Source: an uncultured Clostridia bacterium (lineage in GTDB: Bacteria; Bacillota; Clostridia; TANB77; CAG-508). Taken from it: DNA of 56,897 bases. The number at the start of each line of letters is the position of its first letter. Positions within the stretch are counted from its first letter, which is position 1. Made by a program: the position numbers and the translations under genes. Below, piece after piece: positions 40,662 to 51,925 of the stretch. The notes beneath the pieces are model-generated. The model searched no databases. It saw only the letters and a list, made by a program, of their open reading frames with translations, and was not told the origin of the DNA. Where the stretch lies: positions 1 to 56,897 of the forward strand of contig CALXKD010000006.1 in assembly GCA_944388795.1 (NCBI GenBank), written 5' to 3'.

Positions 40662-41200
40662 AACCATACCCCCTTTTTTCTAATTCTCTCTTTAATTTTT
40701 TTCGTATTCTTGACAACCTTGATTTTACTTTGATCTCTGATATTTTAAGTCCTTAGATATATCTTTTATTTTTTTTGAAAAATAGTAATAACTTATAAAT
40801 ATTTTTCTATCTTCGCCTTTCATCTTTTCTAACTCTTCTATAATAATAGCTGTTTTTCTTTTTCTTCTGCTGTATAGTAGACAGCTATATTACTATATAT
40901 AGTTCTTTCTAAAATTTCAATATCTAAGTTTTGATTTGTAATATTCCTTTGTTTTTTCATAGTTAAATTTTTTGTTATTTTTGCAATATATGGTTTTATT
41001 TCTTTGTTTATATCTAATTTATCACGATTTTGCCATATTACTAAAAAGACATCTGAAGCAAATTCTTTTATATCTTTACTTATAAAATTATATTTGCTAT
41101 TTTTTATGATAACAAAAACATATCCATCAAAGTCTTTTATAATATTTGTTATATCAAGTTTTTCATCAAAAATATATTACCTTATTTTTTTATTACTCAT
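40648..41200 (-). pseudogene. Degraded ECF RNA polymerase sigma-70 factor
   Basis: MSNKKIR*...ASDVFLVIWQNRDKL...KPYIAKITKN (region 2) and IKDISKDL..VKSRLSRIRKKLK (region 4); early stop plus frameshifts. Confidence 0.75.
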
Positions 41201-41356
41201 TTTGCTTAGAGCTCCTTTTTTATATATCCATCTACATATTACCATAAAGGTAACATTAAAATAAAAAAAGATTAGTTTTCTGTCTGAAGTAATCTATACT
41301 TTACAATAATTTATTTATAACTAATCTTATTAACTTTGCAGGATTTATTATTGATT

Positions 41357-41659
41357 TCAAGTTATAAATATATAAAATCCATAACCTAATATATATGATA
41401 AAACACATATAAAAATATATAATATGATATTGATTCCTAATTTTTTATTTAAGAAAATGTTTAGTGGAAGTAATAAAATTATAAATATTAAAATTATTGC
41501 AATTTCAATATAATTTTTATAATTTATCATTGACCAAGATATACCTAAAAAAGTTAAAAAACTAAAAAATCCTATTGTAAAGTTATATACTAATGCACTT
41601 ATTAAAAACAATGTTTTTTTCAATTTTCTATCATTTTTATTAATTATATTATTATTCAT
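41357..41659 (-). CDS. Small hypothetical membrane protein (about 3 TM)
   Basis: SD aaggagg; hydrophobic ORF. Confidence 0.6.
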   Translation of the reverse strand: MNNNIINKNDRKLKKTLFLISALVYNFTIGFFSFLTFLGISWSMINYKNYIEIAIILIFIILLLPLNIFLNKKLGINIILYIFICVLSYILGYGFYIFIT

Positions 41660-41881
41660 TAAGTATATCCTCCTTATATAAGAGATTTCACATTATTAAT
41701 TTATCCTCTCCATAATAAACAGAAACTTATTAGAAATCCTATTATATTATATATTATATAAACTATATTGGTAATTTTTATTTTCTTTTTTTGGTTACTT
41801 TTTTTTATATTATCATTTTTAATAGAATTAAAAAATATAATATAGAAATAAAAAAACAAGAGTTTGAAAACTCTTGTTTTT

Positions 41882-41958
<77 letters not shown>

Positions 41959-42058
41959 ATAGCTAAATAACAATAAATATAATAGCACAAATATAAGCTT
42001 GTGTCAATGATTTTAAGACAAAAAATGAAAAATAATCATTTAATTTGATAAAAATATT

Positions 42059-42685
42059 TTAAAACTTAAATATTAGACCAATAATACCAAAAAGAATAAA
42101 TAAACTATTAGAAATGATTTCTATGATATTCTGATTAAATTTCATACTTAAAATTTTACCACATAAAATTGCTAAAAGATTACTACAAACCATGCCTAAG
42201 ATAGAGCCAATAATCAAAGATAATTTATATTCAGGATATTGAATACCAAGTCCAATAGAAGAAAGAAATGTTTTATCTCCTAATTCTCCTATCAATATAC
42301 AAAATGCAATGATAAATAAATAGTTGATTTTCCATTTACACAATTTAGAAATGAAACCTGTTTTACTTCCCTCTTTATCATGTACATTAATAGAAGAGTA
42401 TTTTCTTTTCATAGAAATAAATCCTACTATTCCAAATACAATAAAAGAAAGATAAGTAAATAAATTTAAGTAGTAGGAAAAGCTTTCATTGTTAATAGAG
42501 CCTAATTGACTACCTAAAAGAATAGCTAATCCGTGACTAAGAAAAGTTCCCAAAGCAATACCTAATAAAATATTTTTTATTTTACTTTTAGTTGAAAAAG
42601 ACAAAACCATAATTTGCGTTTTATCACCTAACTCAGCTAAAAAAATAATGGTAAAAGATAAGAATAATGGATATAAAAAATTCAT
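42059..42685 (-). CDS. GDT1/TMEM165 (UPF0016) family Mn2+/Ca2+ transporter
   Basis: Duplicated ELGDKT motif (AELGDKTQ, GELGDKTF). Confidence 0.9.
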   Translation of the reverse strand: MNFLYPLFLSFTIIFLAELGDKTQIMVLSFSTKSKIKNILLGIALGTFLSHGLAILLGSQLGSINNESFSYYLNLFTYLSFIVFGIVGFISMKRKYSSINVHDKEGSKTGFISKLCKWKINYLFIIAFCILIGELGDKTFLSSIGLGIQYPEYKLSLIIGSILGMVCSNLLAILCGKILSMKFNQNIIEIISNSLFILFGIIGLIFKF

Positions 42686-42875
42686 AAATTGACCTCATTT
42701 CTTAATTAATAAATATGAAAAAGAAAAGATTTTTATGAGGAAAAATAGAAAATATAAATTTGGCAAAATGGTATATCCCTAGAAGTTTATGTGAATTTTT
42801 TGTGAAATTCTTTACATCAATAAATTAAAATGATAATATGTTCATGATATAAATAAAATCAAAGGAGGAATTTTT

Positions 42876-43817
42876 GTGATAGAGGTAAAAAATGTTACAA
42901 AAAAGTATGGAAAAGCAGTAGCCGTAGAAGATATAAGCTTTTCTATAAATGATGGCGAAATTGTAGGACTACTTGGACCTAATGGGGCAGGAAAAAGTAC
43001 AACCATGAATATCTTAACTGGTTATATAGAGCAGACATCTGGTGAAGTAACAATTGAAGGATATAATACATTAAGAAAACCTAGAAAGGCCAAGAAACAA
43101 ATAGGGTATATGCCAGAGGGAGTACCTCTTTATCCAGAACTAACCGTAAAAGAATTTGTGACATATATGGCAGAATTGAAGCAAGTAGACAGAAAAGTAA
43201 GAAAAGAAAAAGTAGAAAAAGTAATTGAACAAACAGGATTAAAAGATGTTGAAAATAAATTAACTAGAAATTTATCTAGAGGATATAAACAAAGAGTTAG
43301 TATGGCAGGAGCATTAGTAGGAGAACCTAAAATATTAATATTAGATGAGCCAACTGTAGGACTAGATCCAAAACAAATTACAGAAATCAGGAGCTTAATA
43401 AAAGAGCTTGGAAAGACACATACAATTATTCTAAGCTCACATATTTTATCAGAAGTAAGTCAAATATGTAATAAGGTTATCATTATTAATAAAGGTAAAA
43501 TTATAGCAATTGATACACCAGAAAACTTGGAGGATAAAGTAAATAATAATAATTGTATCTATGTTACAGTAGAGGATACAGAAAATAAAATTTCAAATAT
43601 AAAAGATAAAATAAAAGATGTTAAAAATATAGAGCTTGTTCAAGAAAATGAAGATGGAACAAAACAATATTTAATTGAGGCCAATAAAGATATTGATTTA
43701 AGAAAGAAAATTTTCTCTGAATTTGCAAAAGAAAATATAACTATATTTGAAATGAAAAAGGCGGATACAACATTAGAAGATGCATTTATGAAATTAATAG
43801 AAGGAGGAAATAAATAA
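42876..43817 (+). CDS. ABC transporter ATPase (GldA-like)
   Basis: GPNGAGKST, LSRGYKQRV, DEPTVGLDPKQ. Confidence 0.9.
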   Translation: MIEVKNVTKKYGKAVAVEDISFSINDGEIVGLLGPNGAGKSTTMNILTGYIEQTSGEVTIEGYNTLRKPRKAKKQIGYMPEGVPLYPELTVKEFVTYMAELKQVDRKVRKEKVEKVIEQTGLKDVENKLTRNLSRGYKQRVSMAGALVGEPKILILDEPTVGLDPKQITEIRSLIKELGKTHTIILSSHILSEVSQICNKVIIINKGKIIAIDTPENLEDKVNNNNCIYVTVEDTENKISNIKDKIKDVKNIELVQENEDGTKQYLIEANKDIDLRKKIFSEFAKENITIFEMKKADTTLEDAFMKLIEGGNK

Positions 43818-44497
43818 TGTGGGCAATTGTAAAAAAAGAATTTAAATCTTATTTCTTTTCACCAGTAGGATATGTTTTTATAGGATTATTTTTAATCATG
43901 TTTAGCATATTTTTCTATACAGATGTATTTTACTATCAAAGTACAAATTTTGAATATATATTTTACTCAGGAGCTACAATACTAACATTTATTACTCCGA
44001 TTCTTACAATGAGAACATTAGCAGAAGAAAGAAAAACTGGTACAGAGCAATTATTATTAACATCACCTGTTAGTATTACGAAAATTGTTTTAGGAAAATT
44101 TATTTCAGCAACACTAATTGTTGTAATAACAGAACTTTGCACATTTATGTATTTTGGAATATTGTGTTATTTTGGAGCACCACATTTAACAACAGCATTG
44201 GTAACCTTATTAGGATTTTTATTATTAGCTATGAGTTATATCGCATTTGGTTTATTAGCTTCAAGTATAACAGAAAATCAAATTGTTGCAGGTGTTATCA
44301 CAATAGGATTCTTTATATTAACATGGTTTTTGCCAAACTTTAGTGATATATTTACCAATTTCTCATTAATAAATATATTTACTAATTTTCCAACAGGACA
44401 AATTGATATTGCAGATACAATAACATTTATAACATTTACAATTATGTGTATATTGTTAACCATTATTGTTATGCAAAGAAGAAAAAGTGTAAGGTAA
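43817..44497 (+). CDS. ABC-2 permease (GldF-like)
   Basis: KEFKSYFFSPVGY, AEERKTGTEQLLLTSP, SSITENQIVA. Confidence 0.85.
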   Translation: MWAIVKKEFKSYFFSPVGYVFIGLFLIMFSIFFYTDVFYYQSTNFEYIFYSGATILTFITPILTMRTLAEERKTGTEQLLLTSPVSITKIVLGKFISATLIVVITELCTFMYFGILCYFGAPHLTTALVTLLGFLLLAMSYIAFGLLASSITENQIVAGVITIGFFILTWFLPNFSDIFTNFSLINIFTNFPTGQIDIADTITFITFTIMCILLTIIVMQRRKSVR

Positions 44498-44505
44498 GGA
44501 GGTTA

Positions 44506-46068
44506 GTGAAGTTGAAGGAAAAGGAAGAAAAAGATAAAAAGATAAAAAAAGAAAAGATGCCAAAAGAAAAAAAGGCTAAAAAAGAGAAAGTAAAAAAAGA
44601 TAAAGAAACCAGTAAATTTGTTCAAAAAATAAAGAAAAAATGGTTGATTGATGGAACAAAGACATTGGTATTGGTTTTATTAATTGTACTTGTGTTCTTA
44701 GCACTAAATACATGGATACAAAGTTTAGAGTTAACACCAATAGATTTAACAGAAGAGAAGCTATATACACTAACAGATGAAAGTAAAGAAAGAGTAAAAG
44801 ACATAGATAAAGATGTCAATATATATTTTGTAGGATATACAGATGGAGATTCAAACTTAGAATTAGCAAAACAATATAAAAATGCAAATGAAAGAATAGT
44901 AGCAGAATCAGTTAATGCAGAAGATAGACCGGATTTAGCGGAAAAATATGGTATAGAAAGTGGTTCAACAGGTATTATCGTAGAATGTGGAGATAGATCT
45001 AAAGTACTAACAGAAAGTGATTTGGTAACATATGATACAACTACTTATGAAACAATTAGTATAGCAGAGGAAAGATTAACAAGTGCTATCGTATCTGTTA
45101 CAACAGATGATATACCAAAAATATATTTCTTAGAAGGATATAGTGATTTTAGTTTAAGCTATAACATGAATTATTTAAATGTATATCTAGAAAATGAAAT
45201 AACAGAGGTAGATACATTAAATATTTTATCAACTGGAAGTGTTCCAGAGGATTGTGATACATTAATTATTACTTCACCATCAAAAGATTTTGATGATGTA
45301 GCCAAAACAGCAATTATAGATTATATTAACCGAGGAGGCAACATCTTATGGTTAAATGCTGCAATGGCAAATACAGTAGATTTACCAAATGTGAATGAAG
45401 TTTTAGCATTATATGGAGTAAATCCTTTTGAAGTAGGAATTATTAGAGAAACAGATGCATCAAAAATGGTATCTGGTTCACCAGATTTAATTATTCCAAA
45501 TTTAGGATACTCAAGCATAACAGAAGATATATATAGTGATGGAATTATTTTTGCAAATGCAACAAAAATCAATATTAATGAAGAAAGATTAGAAGATTTA
45601 AATGTTGTAGAAACAGATTTAGCCACAACAAGTTCAGGAGCATATTTTAGAACAAACTTTAATAATAGTGCAACAACAGCAGAAGAAGGAGAAGAAACAG
45701 GATCTTTTGTTGTTGGAGCAGAATTAGAAAAAACAATAACAGAAGGAAATGAAGAAACTGGAGAACAAGCAAAAACATCAACATTAATTATTTATGGAGA
45801 AAATTACTTCATATCAGATTATCAATTAGCACAAAACTCTCAATATCCTGCTATTCAATTAGGAAATAATAAGGACTTAATATTAAATTCTTTAGCATAT
45901 TTATCTGATAGGGAGGAAGATATAACAGCAAGAAAAAGCACAGGAACTGTAACATATACAGCAACAGAACAACAAGATACAATCGTAAGAGTCATTATAT
46001 TTGCAGTACCAGCAGTTATTATATTAGTAGGACTAATTGTATGGCAAAAGAGAAGAAGAAAGAAATAG
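44506..46068 (+). CDS. GldG-family ABC transporter auxiliary protein
   Basis: DLTEEKLYTL, PSKDF, YINRGG, GNNKDLILNSL, C-terminal TM plus RRRKK. GTG start after aggagg. Confidence 0.8.
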   Translation: MKLKEKEEKDKKIKKEKMPKEKKAKKEKVKKDKETSKFVQKIKKKWLIDGTKTLVLVLLIVLVFLALNTWIQSLELTPIDLTEEKLYTLTDESKERVKDIDKDVNIYFVGYTDGDSNLELAKQYKNANERIVAESVNAEDRPDLAEKYGIESGSTGIIVECGDRSKVLTESDLVTYDTTTYETISIAEERLTSAIVSVTTDDIPKIYFLEGYSDFSLSYNMNYLNVYLENEITEVDTLNILSTGSVPEDCDTLIITSPSKDFDDVAKTAIIDYINRGGNILWLNAAMANTVDLPNVNEVLALYGVNPFEVGIIRETDASKMVSGSPDLIIPNLGYSSITEDIYSDGIIFANATKININEERLEDLNVVETDLATTSSGAYFRTNFNNSATTAEEGEETGSFVVGAELEKTITEGNEETGEQAKTSTLIIYGENYFISDYQLAQNSQYPAIQLGNNKDLILNSLAYLSDREEDITARKSTGTVTYTATEQQDTIVRVIIFAVPAVIILVGLIVWQKRRRKK

Positions 46069-46120
46069 AAAAAGAATAAAAATAATAAAACCTCATAAAA
46101 TATTTATGAGGTTTATTTTT

Positions 46121-47146
46121 ATGAAAAAACGAGTTTGTAAAGCATTATTTGTTATAATAGGAACTTTAATTGGAGCAGGATTTGCATCAGGACAGGAAAT
46201 ATATCTTTTTTTCTATCAATATGGACTAAAAGGCTTGATAGGAATTATTATTTCTAGTGGGTTACTAGGAATGGTTATTTATAAAGTGTTAAATATTTGT
46301 AAAAATCATGAAATTAAAAATTATAAAGAATTTTTGAGATATTTTCTGAAAGATGAGAAAAAGTTAGATATTTTTAATACAATTATTAATATATTTATTT
46401 TAATTACATTTTATATTATGATAGCAGGATTTGGAGCATATTTTGAACAACAATTTCATATAAACAGTTTAGTTGGAAGTATCATGTTAGCCATTATATG
46501 CTTTATGGTATTTTTGAAAAATGTATCAGGTTTAATAAAGGTAAATCAATTGCTTGTTCCTATATTAATAGGGAGTTTATTTTTAATAGGGCTTCAAGTA
46601 ATTGATTTAAAAAGCTTACTAGAGATCCAAAATTATGTTATAAATAATCCAAGTAGTAAATGGCTTTTAGATAGTATTATCTATGGTAGTTATAATACTA
46701 TATTATTAATTCCTGTATTAATTGCTTTGCAAAATGTAGTAAATAATAGGAGAGAAAATAAAATTGTATCGATATCAACAGTGATAATCGTTATTTTGTT
46801 ATCTTATATTATCTTTTTTATGTTAGTAAAGGTAGATGTTAATATCGAAAATCTAGAAATGCCAGCTGTATATGTGGCTTCAAAAATTTCTAATATATTT
46901 AAATATATATATGGATTTATTATTTTAAGTTCTATATTAACAACAAGTATATCATTAGGAACAAGTTTTTTAGAAAATGTAGTAAAAGAAAAGAAGCAGT
47001 ATAAACAATATGCTATTTTTATATGTATAAGCTCTATATTAGTCTCTAAAATTGGCTTTTCTAATTTAGTAAATTTGTTATATCCTGTATTTGGATATAT
47101 AGGCTTAATACAAATTATAAAAATCATGTTATTAAAAAGTAAGTGA
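46121..47146 (+). CDS. YkvI-like multi-TM membrane protein
   Basis: IGTLIGAGFASGQEI, LYPVFGY. Confidence 0.8.
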   Translation: MKKRVCKALFVIIGTLIGAGFASGQEIYLFFYQYGLKGLIGIIISSGLLGMVIYKVLNICKNHEIKNYKEFLRYFLKDEKKLDIFNTIINIFILITFYIMIAGFGAYFEQQFHINSLVGSIMLAIICFMVFLKNVSGLIKVNQLLVPILIGSLFLIGLQVIDLKSLLEIQNYVINNPSSKWLLDSIIYGSYNTILLIPVLIALQNVVNNRRENKIVSISTVIIVILLSYIIFFMLVKVDVNIENLEMPAVYVASKISNIFKYIYGFIILSSILTTSISLGTSFLENVVKEKKQYKQYAIFICISSILVSKIGFSNLVNLLYPVFGYIGLIQIIKIMLLKSK

Positions 47147-47228
47147 ATCTATAAAAAAACAAGCAGTAGCTTGCTTTTTTGCATTCAGTATAGTAGAATA
47201 ACAATAACAAAAGATAAGGAGAAATGTA

Positions 47229-48407
47229 ATGAAGGATTATTGGGAAGAACCTGAAAAGAAAAAAGTGAATGCCAAAAAAATCATATTATCTGTAACCATT
47301 TCAATTGTTGTTGTTGCGGTTATTGTTCTTGTTGCTTTATATGTAACCAATAAAGAATTTAGAAATTGGATGGATATACAAGTGTTTAGAAAGGAAGTTT
47401 CACAAGATAAAGTAGCAACAATTGAATTAGAGGAGGGGCAAACATCAAATGTATATGCTTTTAATAAGTATATTGGAATATTAAACAAGAATAAGTTATC
47501 TCTATATGGTTCAGCAGGTACAGAAGAGGTAAGCTTGGATGTAGAAATAACAACACCAGTGTTTTATTCTTCTAACCGATTTTTGATTATAGGTGAAAAA
47601 AATGGACAAAAAATATATGTAGTAGAAGATAAGGAAATTGCTTGGGAAAGTGAAATTGAAGGAAATATTTCTCAAGTATATATCAATAAAAATGGATATG
47701 TAGCAGTTATCATATCTGGAACTAGTTATAAAAGTGTTATTCAAGTATTTGATCCAGATGGAAATGCATTATTTAAAAAATATTTACCATCAACTATTGC
47801 TGTTGATGTGTCTATATCAAATGATAATAAATATCTGGCTATAGCAGAGGTAGATACATCAGGGACAATTATACAGTCAAATATAAGAGTTATATCTATA
47901 GAAAAGGTAAAAACAGATCCAACAAATTCTGAAGAAAATAATTATCAAAGTGAACAAAATAAATTACTAGTAAGTATCAAATACCAGGATAATGATAGAA
48001 TTATTTGTATGTATACAGATAAGATAAATATTATAGAAAATGGACAAGAAACAACTTTATTTGAAAATAATGATAAAAAAATCACGGCACAATCTATCAA
48101 TTTAGATAACTATTTTACAACAATACAAGAAGAATCATCAGGAATATTTTCTGCAAATTCTGTTGCAAATATTGTTAATGTAGATACAAAAGACATTAAA
48201 AATTATACAGTGGAAACATCTGTAAAAGAGATTTATACAAAGGGAGATATTATTGCTTTAAATTTAGGAACAGAGGTGGAATTTATAAATACAGGAGGAT
48301 GGCTTGTTAAGAGATATGTAGCAAGTCAAGAGATTACAAATGTTACAGTATCTAACAGTATTGCAGGAATTATTTATAGAGATAAAATTGAAATTATAAA
48401 TTTATAG
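47229..48407 (+). CDS. Membrane-anchored beta-propeller-like conserved hypothetical protein (DUF5711-like)
   Basis: One TM segment then beta-rich repeats (INKNGYVAV, ISNDNKYLA); upstream of cvpA. Confidence 0.6.
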   Translation: MKDYWEEPEKKKVNAKKIILSVTISIVVVAVIVLVALYVTNKEFRNWMDIQVFRKEVSQDKVATIELEEGQTSNVYAFNKYIGILNKNKLSLYGSAGTEEVSLDVEITTPVFYSSNRFLIIGEKNGQKIYVVEDKEIAWESEIEGNISQVYINKNGYVAVIISGTSYKSVIQVFDPDGNALFKKYLPSTIAVDVSISNDNKYLAIAEVDTSGTIIQSNIRVISIEKVKTDPTNSEENNYQSEQNKLLVSIKYQDNDRIICMYTDKINIIENGQETTLFENNDKKITAQSINLDNYFTTIQEESSGIFSANSVANIVNVDTKDIKNYTVETSVKEIYTKGDIIALNLGTEVEFINTGGWLVKRYVASQEITNVTVSNSIAGIIYRDKIEIINL

Positions 48408-48416
48408 GAGGAAGTT

Positions 48417-49037
48417 ATGGGTATAGTTGTAGATATTATTATTGTAGCAATTATTGCATTATCCACATTTTTAGCATATAGGAAGGGATTAATTACATTA
48501 GCCATTCAATTGGTTGCTGTCATTATAGCAGTTGTTCTAACATTAGTGTTATATAAACCAGTTTCAAATTTGATTATCAATGTAACAGGAATAGATGAAA
48601 TGATTCAAGATGCTATATTAGAAGAGGCAAATGATATTATGACAAATGGTGAAGAAAATGCTAACCAAGTGGTAGAAACAATTCAAAATAATATGTTACC
48701 AGAAACAGCAAGAACCATTTCCATTAATATCATACAAGGTGCAGTTATTTTAATTTTATATGTAGTAATAAGACTTATATTAAGATTTGTTACAGCTTTG
48801 GCAAACTTGGTAGCAAAATTACCAATATTACATCAATTTAATAAATTGGGTGGTATTATTTATGGAATATTAAGAGGCTTACTAATTGTATATATCTTAT
48901 TATTACTTGTTAATGTAAGTGGAGAAATAGATCCTAAAAACAATGTATATACAACTGTTGAGGAGTCTTACATAGGAAAAATAATGAATGAAAATAATGT
49001 ATTAAGTATTTTATTTGAGAATGTAAGTGGAAATTAA
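48417..49037 (+). CDS. CvpA (colicin V production) family protein
   Basis: DIIIV...AYRKG, NKLGGIIYGILRG. Confidence 0.85.
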   Translation: MGIVVDIIIVAIIALSTFLAYRKGLITLAIQLVAVIIAVVLTLVLYKPVSNLIINVTGIDEMIQDAILEEANDIMTNGEENANQVVETIQNNMLPETARTISINIIQGAVILILYVVIRLILRFVTALANLVAKLPILHQFNKLGGIIYGILRGLLIVYILLLLVNVSGEIDPKNNVYTTVEESYIGKIMNENNVLSILFENVSGN

Positions 49038-49140
49038 TAAAAAATAATAAAGACAAATTCTTAAAATTTGTCTTTATTTGTTGATTTTTGATTCTATATT
49101 TGCTATACTAATTACATGATTTTTTAGGAGTGGATTATAA

Positions 49141-50496
49141 GTGAGTAAAAATAAAGTGAACCAAAGACAAAAGACAAATAGTAAAAATAAAAAAGAAAAG
49201 AAAAAAATGAAAACATGGAAAAAAGTATTATTAGTTATATTATTAATTATATTAATTGCAGGAGGCGTATTTGCATATAGGGTCCATAAAAATGGTGGTG
49301 GATTATCTGGTATGCTAGCAACGGTTGTTGGACATGATGAGAATACAAGAAAAAGTTTAGGAGAATTTCAAGTACTATTAATGGGGGTTAGTACAGACCA
49401 AGAAGGTGTATCGTTGACAGATACGATTATGGTAGCATCATACAATCCGAATAGCCAAAGAGCTGTGTTATTATCTATACCAAGAGATTCTTTTACAGGA
49501 ACAAATGTAAAAAGAGCAAAAGCATCAGACAAAATCAATGCGATATATAATTTGACAAAAGACCCTATGGAAACAGTAAATGCTGTTAATGAATTAACAG
49601 GTTTAGATTTAAAATATTATGCAATCGTACAAACAGAGGCTTTAATAGAATTAGTAGATGCATTAGGACCAATAGAATATGATGTTCCAATAGATATGGA
49701 TTATGATGATGTTACACAAGATTTACATATTCATTTTGAAAAAGGTGTGCAGGAAATAGATGGACAAGAAGCAGAAGAATTATTAAGATTTAGAAAAAAT
49801 AATGATGGAACAAGCTTCCCAACAGAATATGGTGATAATGATATTGGAAGAATGAGAAATCAAAGAGAATTCCTAACAGCAGTTGTTGAACAAACTGTAA
49901 AATTAGAAAATATTACAAAATTAGGAACGGTATTAGATATTGCTAGTAGAAATTTAATAACAAATGTAGATTTTAATGCTTTAAAAGATTATCTTCCATA
50001 TGCAGTAGAATTTAGTACGGAAAATTTATTAACAGAATCTTTACCAGGAAGTGTACCAAGTTTAAGTCAAACCAACAATGTTAGTATATTTGTTGTAGAT
50101 GAAGAAGCAACAGAACAGATGATTAAAGAATTGTTCTATCCAGAAACATTAACAGAGGATGGTAACACGGTCGATGAGAATACTACAAATTCAAGTTCAA
50201 GTGATTCTACAACAAGTTCTAAATCTAGTGTAAAAGTAGAGGTTTTAAATGGTACAAATGACGGGAAAGTACTTCAAGAAGTTGTTAATAAACTAAAGGA
50301 AGAAGGGTACAATGTTTCAAGAACTGGAAATACAACATCTACAAGTAAAACAGTTATTTTAAATAAAAATGATGTTTCTAACATGGTGATAGACGAGATA
50401 AAACAAGTAGTGGGAACAGGAACTATTTCTAGCAATGGAGCAGGAAGCTCTAGTAAAGCAGATATCACTATTGTTATTGGAAAAGATTATGAATAA
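49141..50496 (+). CDS. LCP (LytR-CpsA-Psr) family protein with LytR C-terminal domain
   Basis: TDTIMV, SIPRD, KINA, RFRK, DIGRMRNQ; C-terminal VEVLNGT...IVIGKD. Confidence 0.9.
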   Translation: MSKNKVNQRQKTNSKNKKEKKKMKTWKKVLLVILLIILIAGGVFAYRVHKNGGGLSGMLATVVGHDENTRKSLGEFQVLLMGVSTDQEGVSLTDTIMVASYNPNSQRAVLLSIPRDSFTGTNVKRAKASDKINAIYNLTKDPMETVNAVNELTGLDLKYYAIVQTEALIELVDALGPIEYDVPIDMDYDDVTQDLHIHFEKGVQEIDGQEAEELLRFRKNNDGTSFPTEYGDNDIGRMRNQREFLTAVVEQTVKLENITKLGTVLDIASRNLITNVDFNALKDYLPYAVEFSTENLLTESLPGSVPSLSQTNNVSIFVVDEEATEQMIKELFYPETLTEDGNTVDENTTNSSSSDSTTSSKSSVKVEVLNGTNDGKVLQEVVNKLKEEGYNVSRTGNTTSTSKTVILNKNDVSNMVIDEIKQVVGTGTISSNGAGSSSKADITIVIGKDYE

Positions 50497-50538
50497 AATA
50501 AAGGGGCAGACGAATTAATAGTCTGCTCCTTTGTTTAT

Positions 50539-51786
50539 CTAGATATCTGTATTTTCTTTTTTTCTATTTGAGAAAAAGATTCGAAAGGTAATTAGTAAAA
50601 CAATAAATAATCCACCAATTTGTAGAACAAATTGTAATAATTGAGAGGCTTCTACATTATGTGTTGCAACAATATCAGAAGTATATTGAATTCCATCAAT
50701 GGTATAAACAACACTTCCTAAAACATCTCCTTGTGTAATAGGGGCAGATATATCTGAATGTAATTGTATTTCAGGTGTATAATTTGTTTCAAGATCAGAA
50801 GTATTTACTAATGCATAAATACTATCTGTAAAAGCTAATTCTAAGGATTTTGTATCTGAAGTTGCATTTGGCACTTCAATTTGTGTGATGATATCTCCAG
50901 GATTGGCAATATTTTTTAAGGAAAAGTTATTAAATCCATATTCATATAAAGTTTTGCTTTCAGAAAATCTTGTAGAAACACCATCTACAACAGTTCCACC
51001 TAATACAACACAAATTAGCTCTAAATCATTTTTATAAGCACAAGATACCAAACATTCACCAGCTTCAGTGGTAAAACCAGTTTTTCCAACTGTTACATAA
51101 CTATAGTAATTAGGATTGCTAGGGACAAGTAATTGGTTGGTAGAAGTGTAAGATCGAACATCAGATTTATTGGTTGCAGGAATTGAGCATGAAGTACTAC
51201 CTGCTATTCTTCTGAAATCATCATTTTTTAAACAATATTGCATAATAACGGATAAATCATAAGCTGTTGTATAATGATTATCATCTTGTAACCCATAAGC
51301 ATTGGTAAAATGTGTGTTAGTCAAGCCTAATTCATTTACTTTTGTATTCATCATAGATACAAAGCTTTCTATAGAACCACCTACATATTCTGCTAAAACA
51401 TTTGCTGCATCATTTGCAGAATGTACCAATAATAGTTGTAATAATTGTTCTACTGTTAATTGTTCATCACCATCAATATTAGCAGTCACATATCCTTCTG
51501 GTATAGACATAACAGCATCATAGCTGGCAGTTATGATTTCATTTAAATCACAGTTTTCTAAAACCAATATCGCTGTTAGAATTTTAGTAGTACTAGCTGG
51601 AAACATTCTTTCATTAGAATTTTTGTCATATAATATTTTATTCGTTTTATTATCCATTAGGATAGCAGCTCTAGATACTAATTCTGGTGCATTTGTATCT
51701 GCTGCATAAACAATATTTAAATTACTGAATAATAGTGCAAGAATAAAAAACGATAATAAAAAGATTTTTTTTACATGTAATTTCAT
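50539..51786 (-). CDS. D-alanyl-D-alanine carboxypeptidase (S11, DacA-like)
   Basis: PASTTK, SAND, KTG motifs; signal peptide and C-terminal TM. Confidence 0.92.
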   Translation of the reverse strand: MKLHVKKIFLLSFFILALLFSNLNIVYAADTNAPELVSRAAILMDNKTNKILYDKNSNERMFPASTTKILTAILVLENCDLNEIITASYDAVMSIPEGYVTANIDGDEQLTVEQLLQLLLVHSANDAANVLAEYVGGSIESFVSMMNTKVNELGLTNTHFTNAYGLQDDNHYTTAYDLSVIMQYCLKNDDFRRIAGSTSCSIPATNKSDVRSYTSTNQLLVPSNPNYYSYVTVGKTGFTTEAGECLVSCAYKNDLELICVVLGGTVVDGVSTRFSESKTLYEYGFNNFSLKNIANPGDIITQIEVPNATSDTKSLELAFTDSIYALVNTSDLETNYTPEIQLHSDISAPITQGDVLGSVVYTIDGIQYTSDIVATHNVEASQLLQFVLQIGGLFIVLLITFRIFFSNRKKENTDI

Positions 51787-51925
51787 TTAAAAACTCCTAA
51801 TAATTTTATAAATCATTTGTTTAATATCAATACTATATAGCATTTTGTCGAATTTTGCAATTATTTTTTACATTTTATAATCAAGATATGTATATTTCGT
51901 GAAAAAATTTTGAAAAGGAGGTATT

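Noticed and set aside
44510-44610. Lys/Glu-rich low-complexity repeat at the GldG-like N-terminus
   Set aside because: An ordinary charged cytoplasmic tail, not a tandem DNA repeat.
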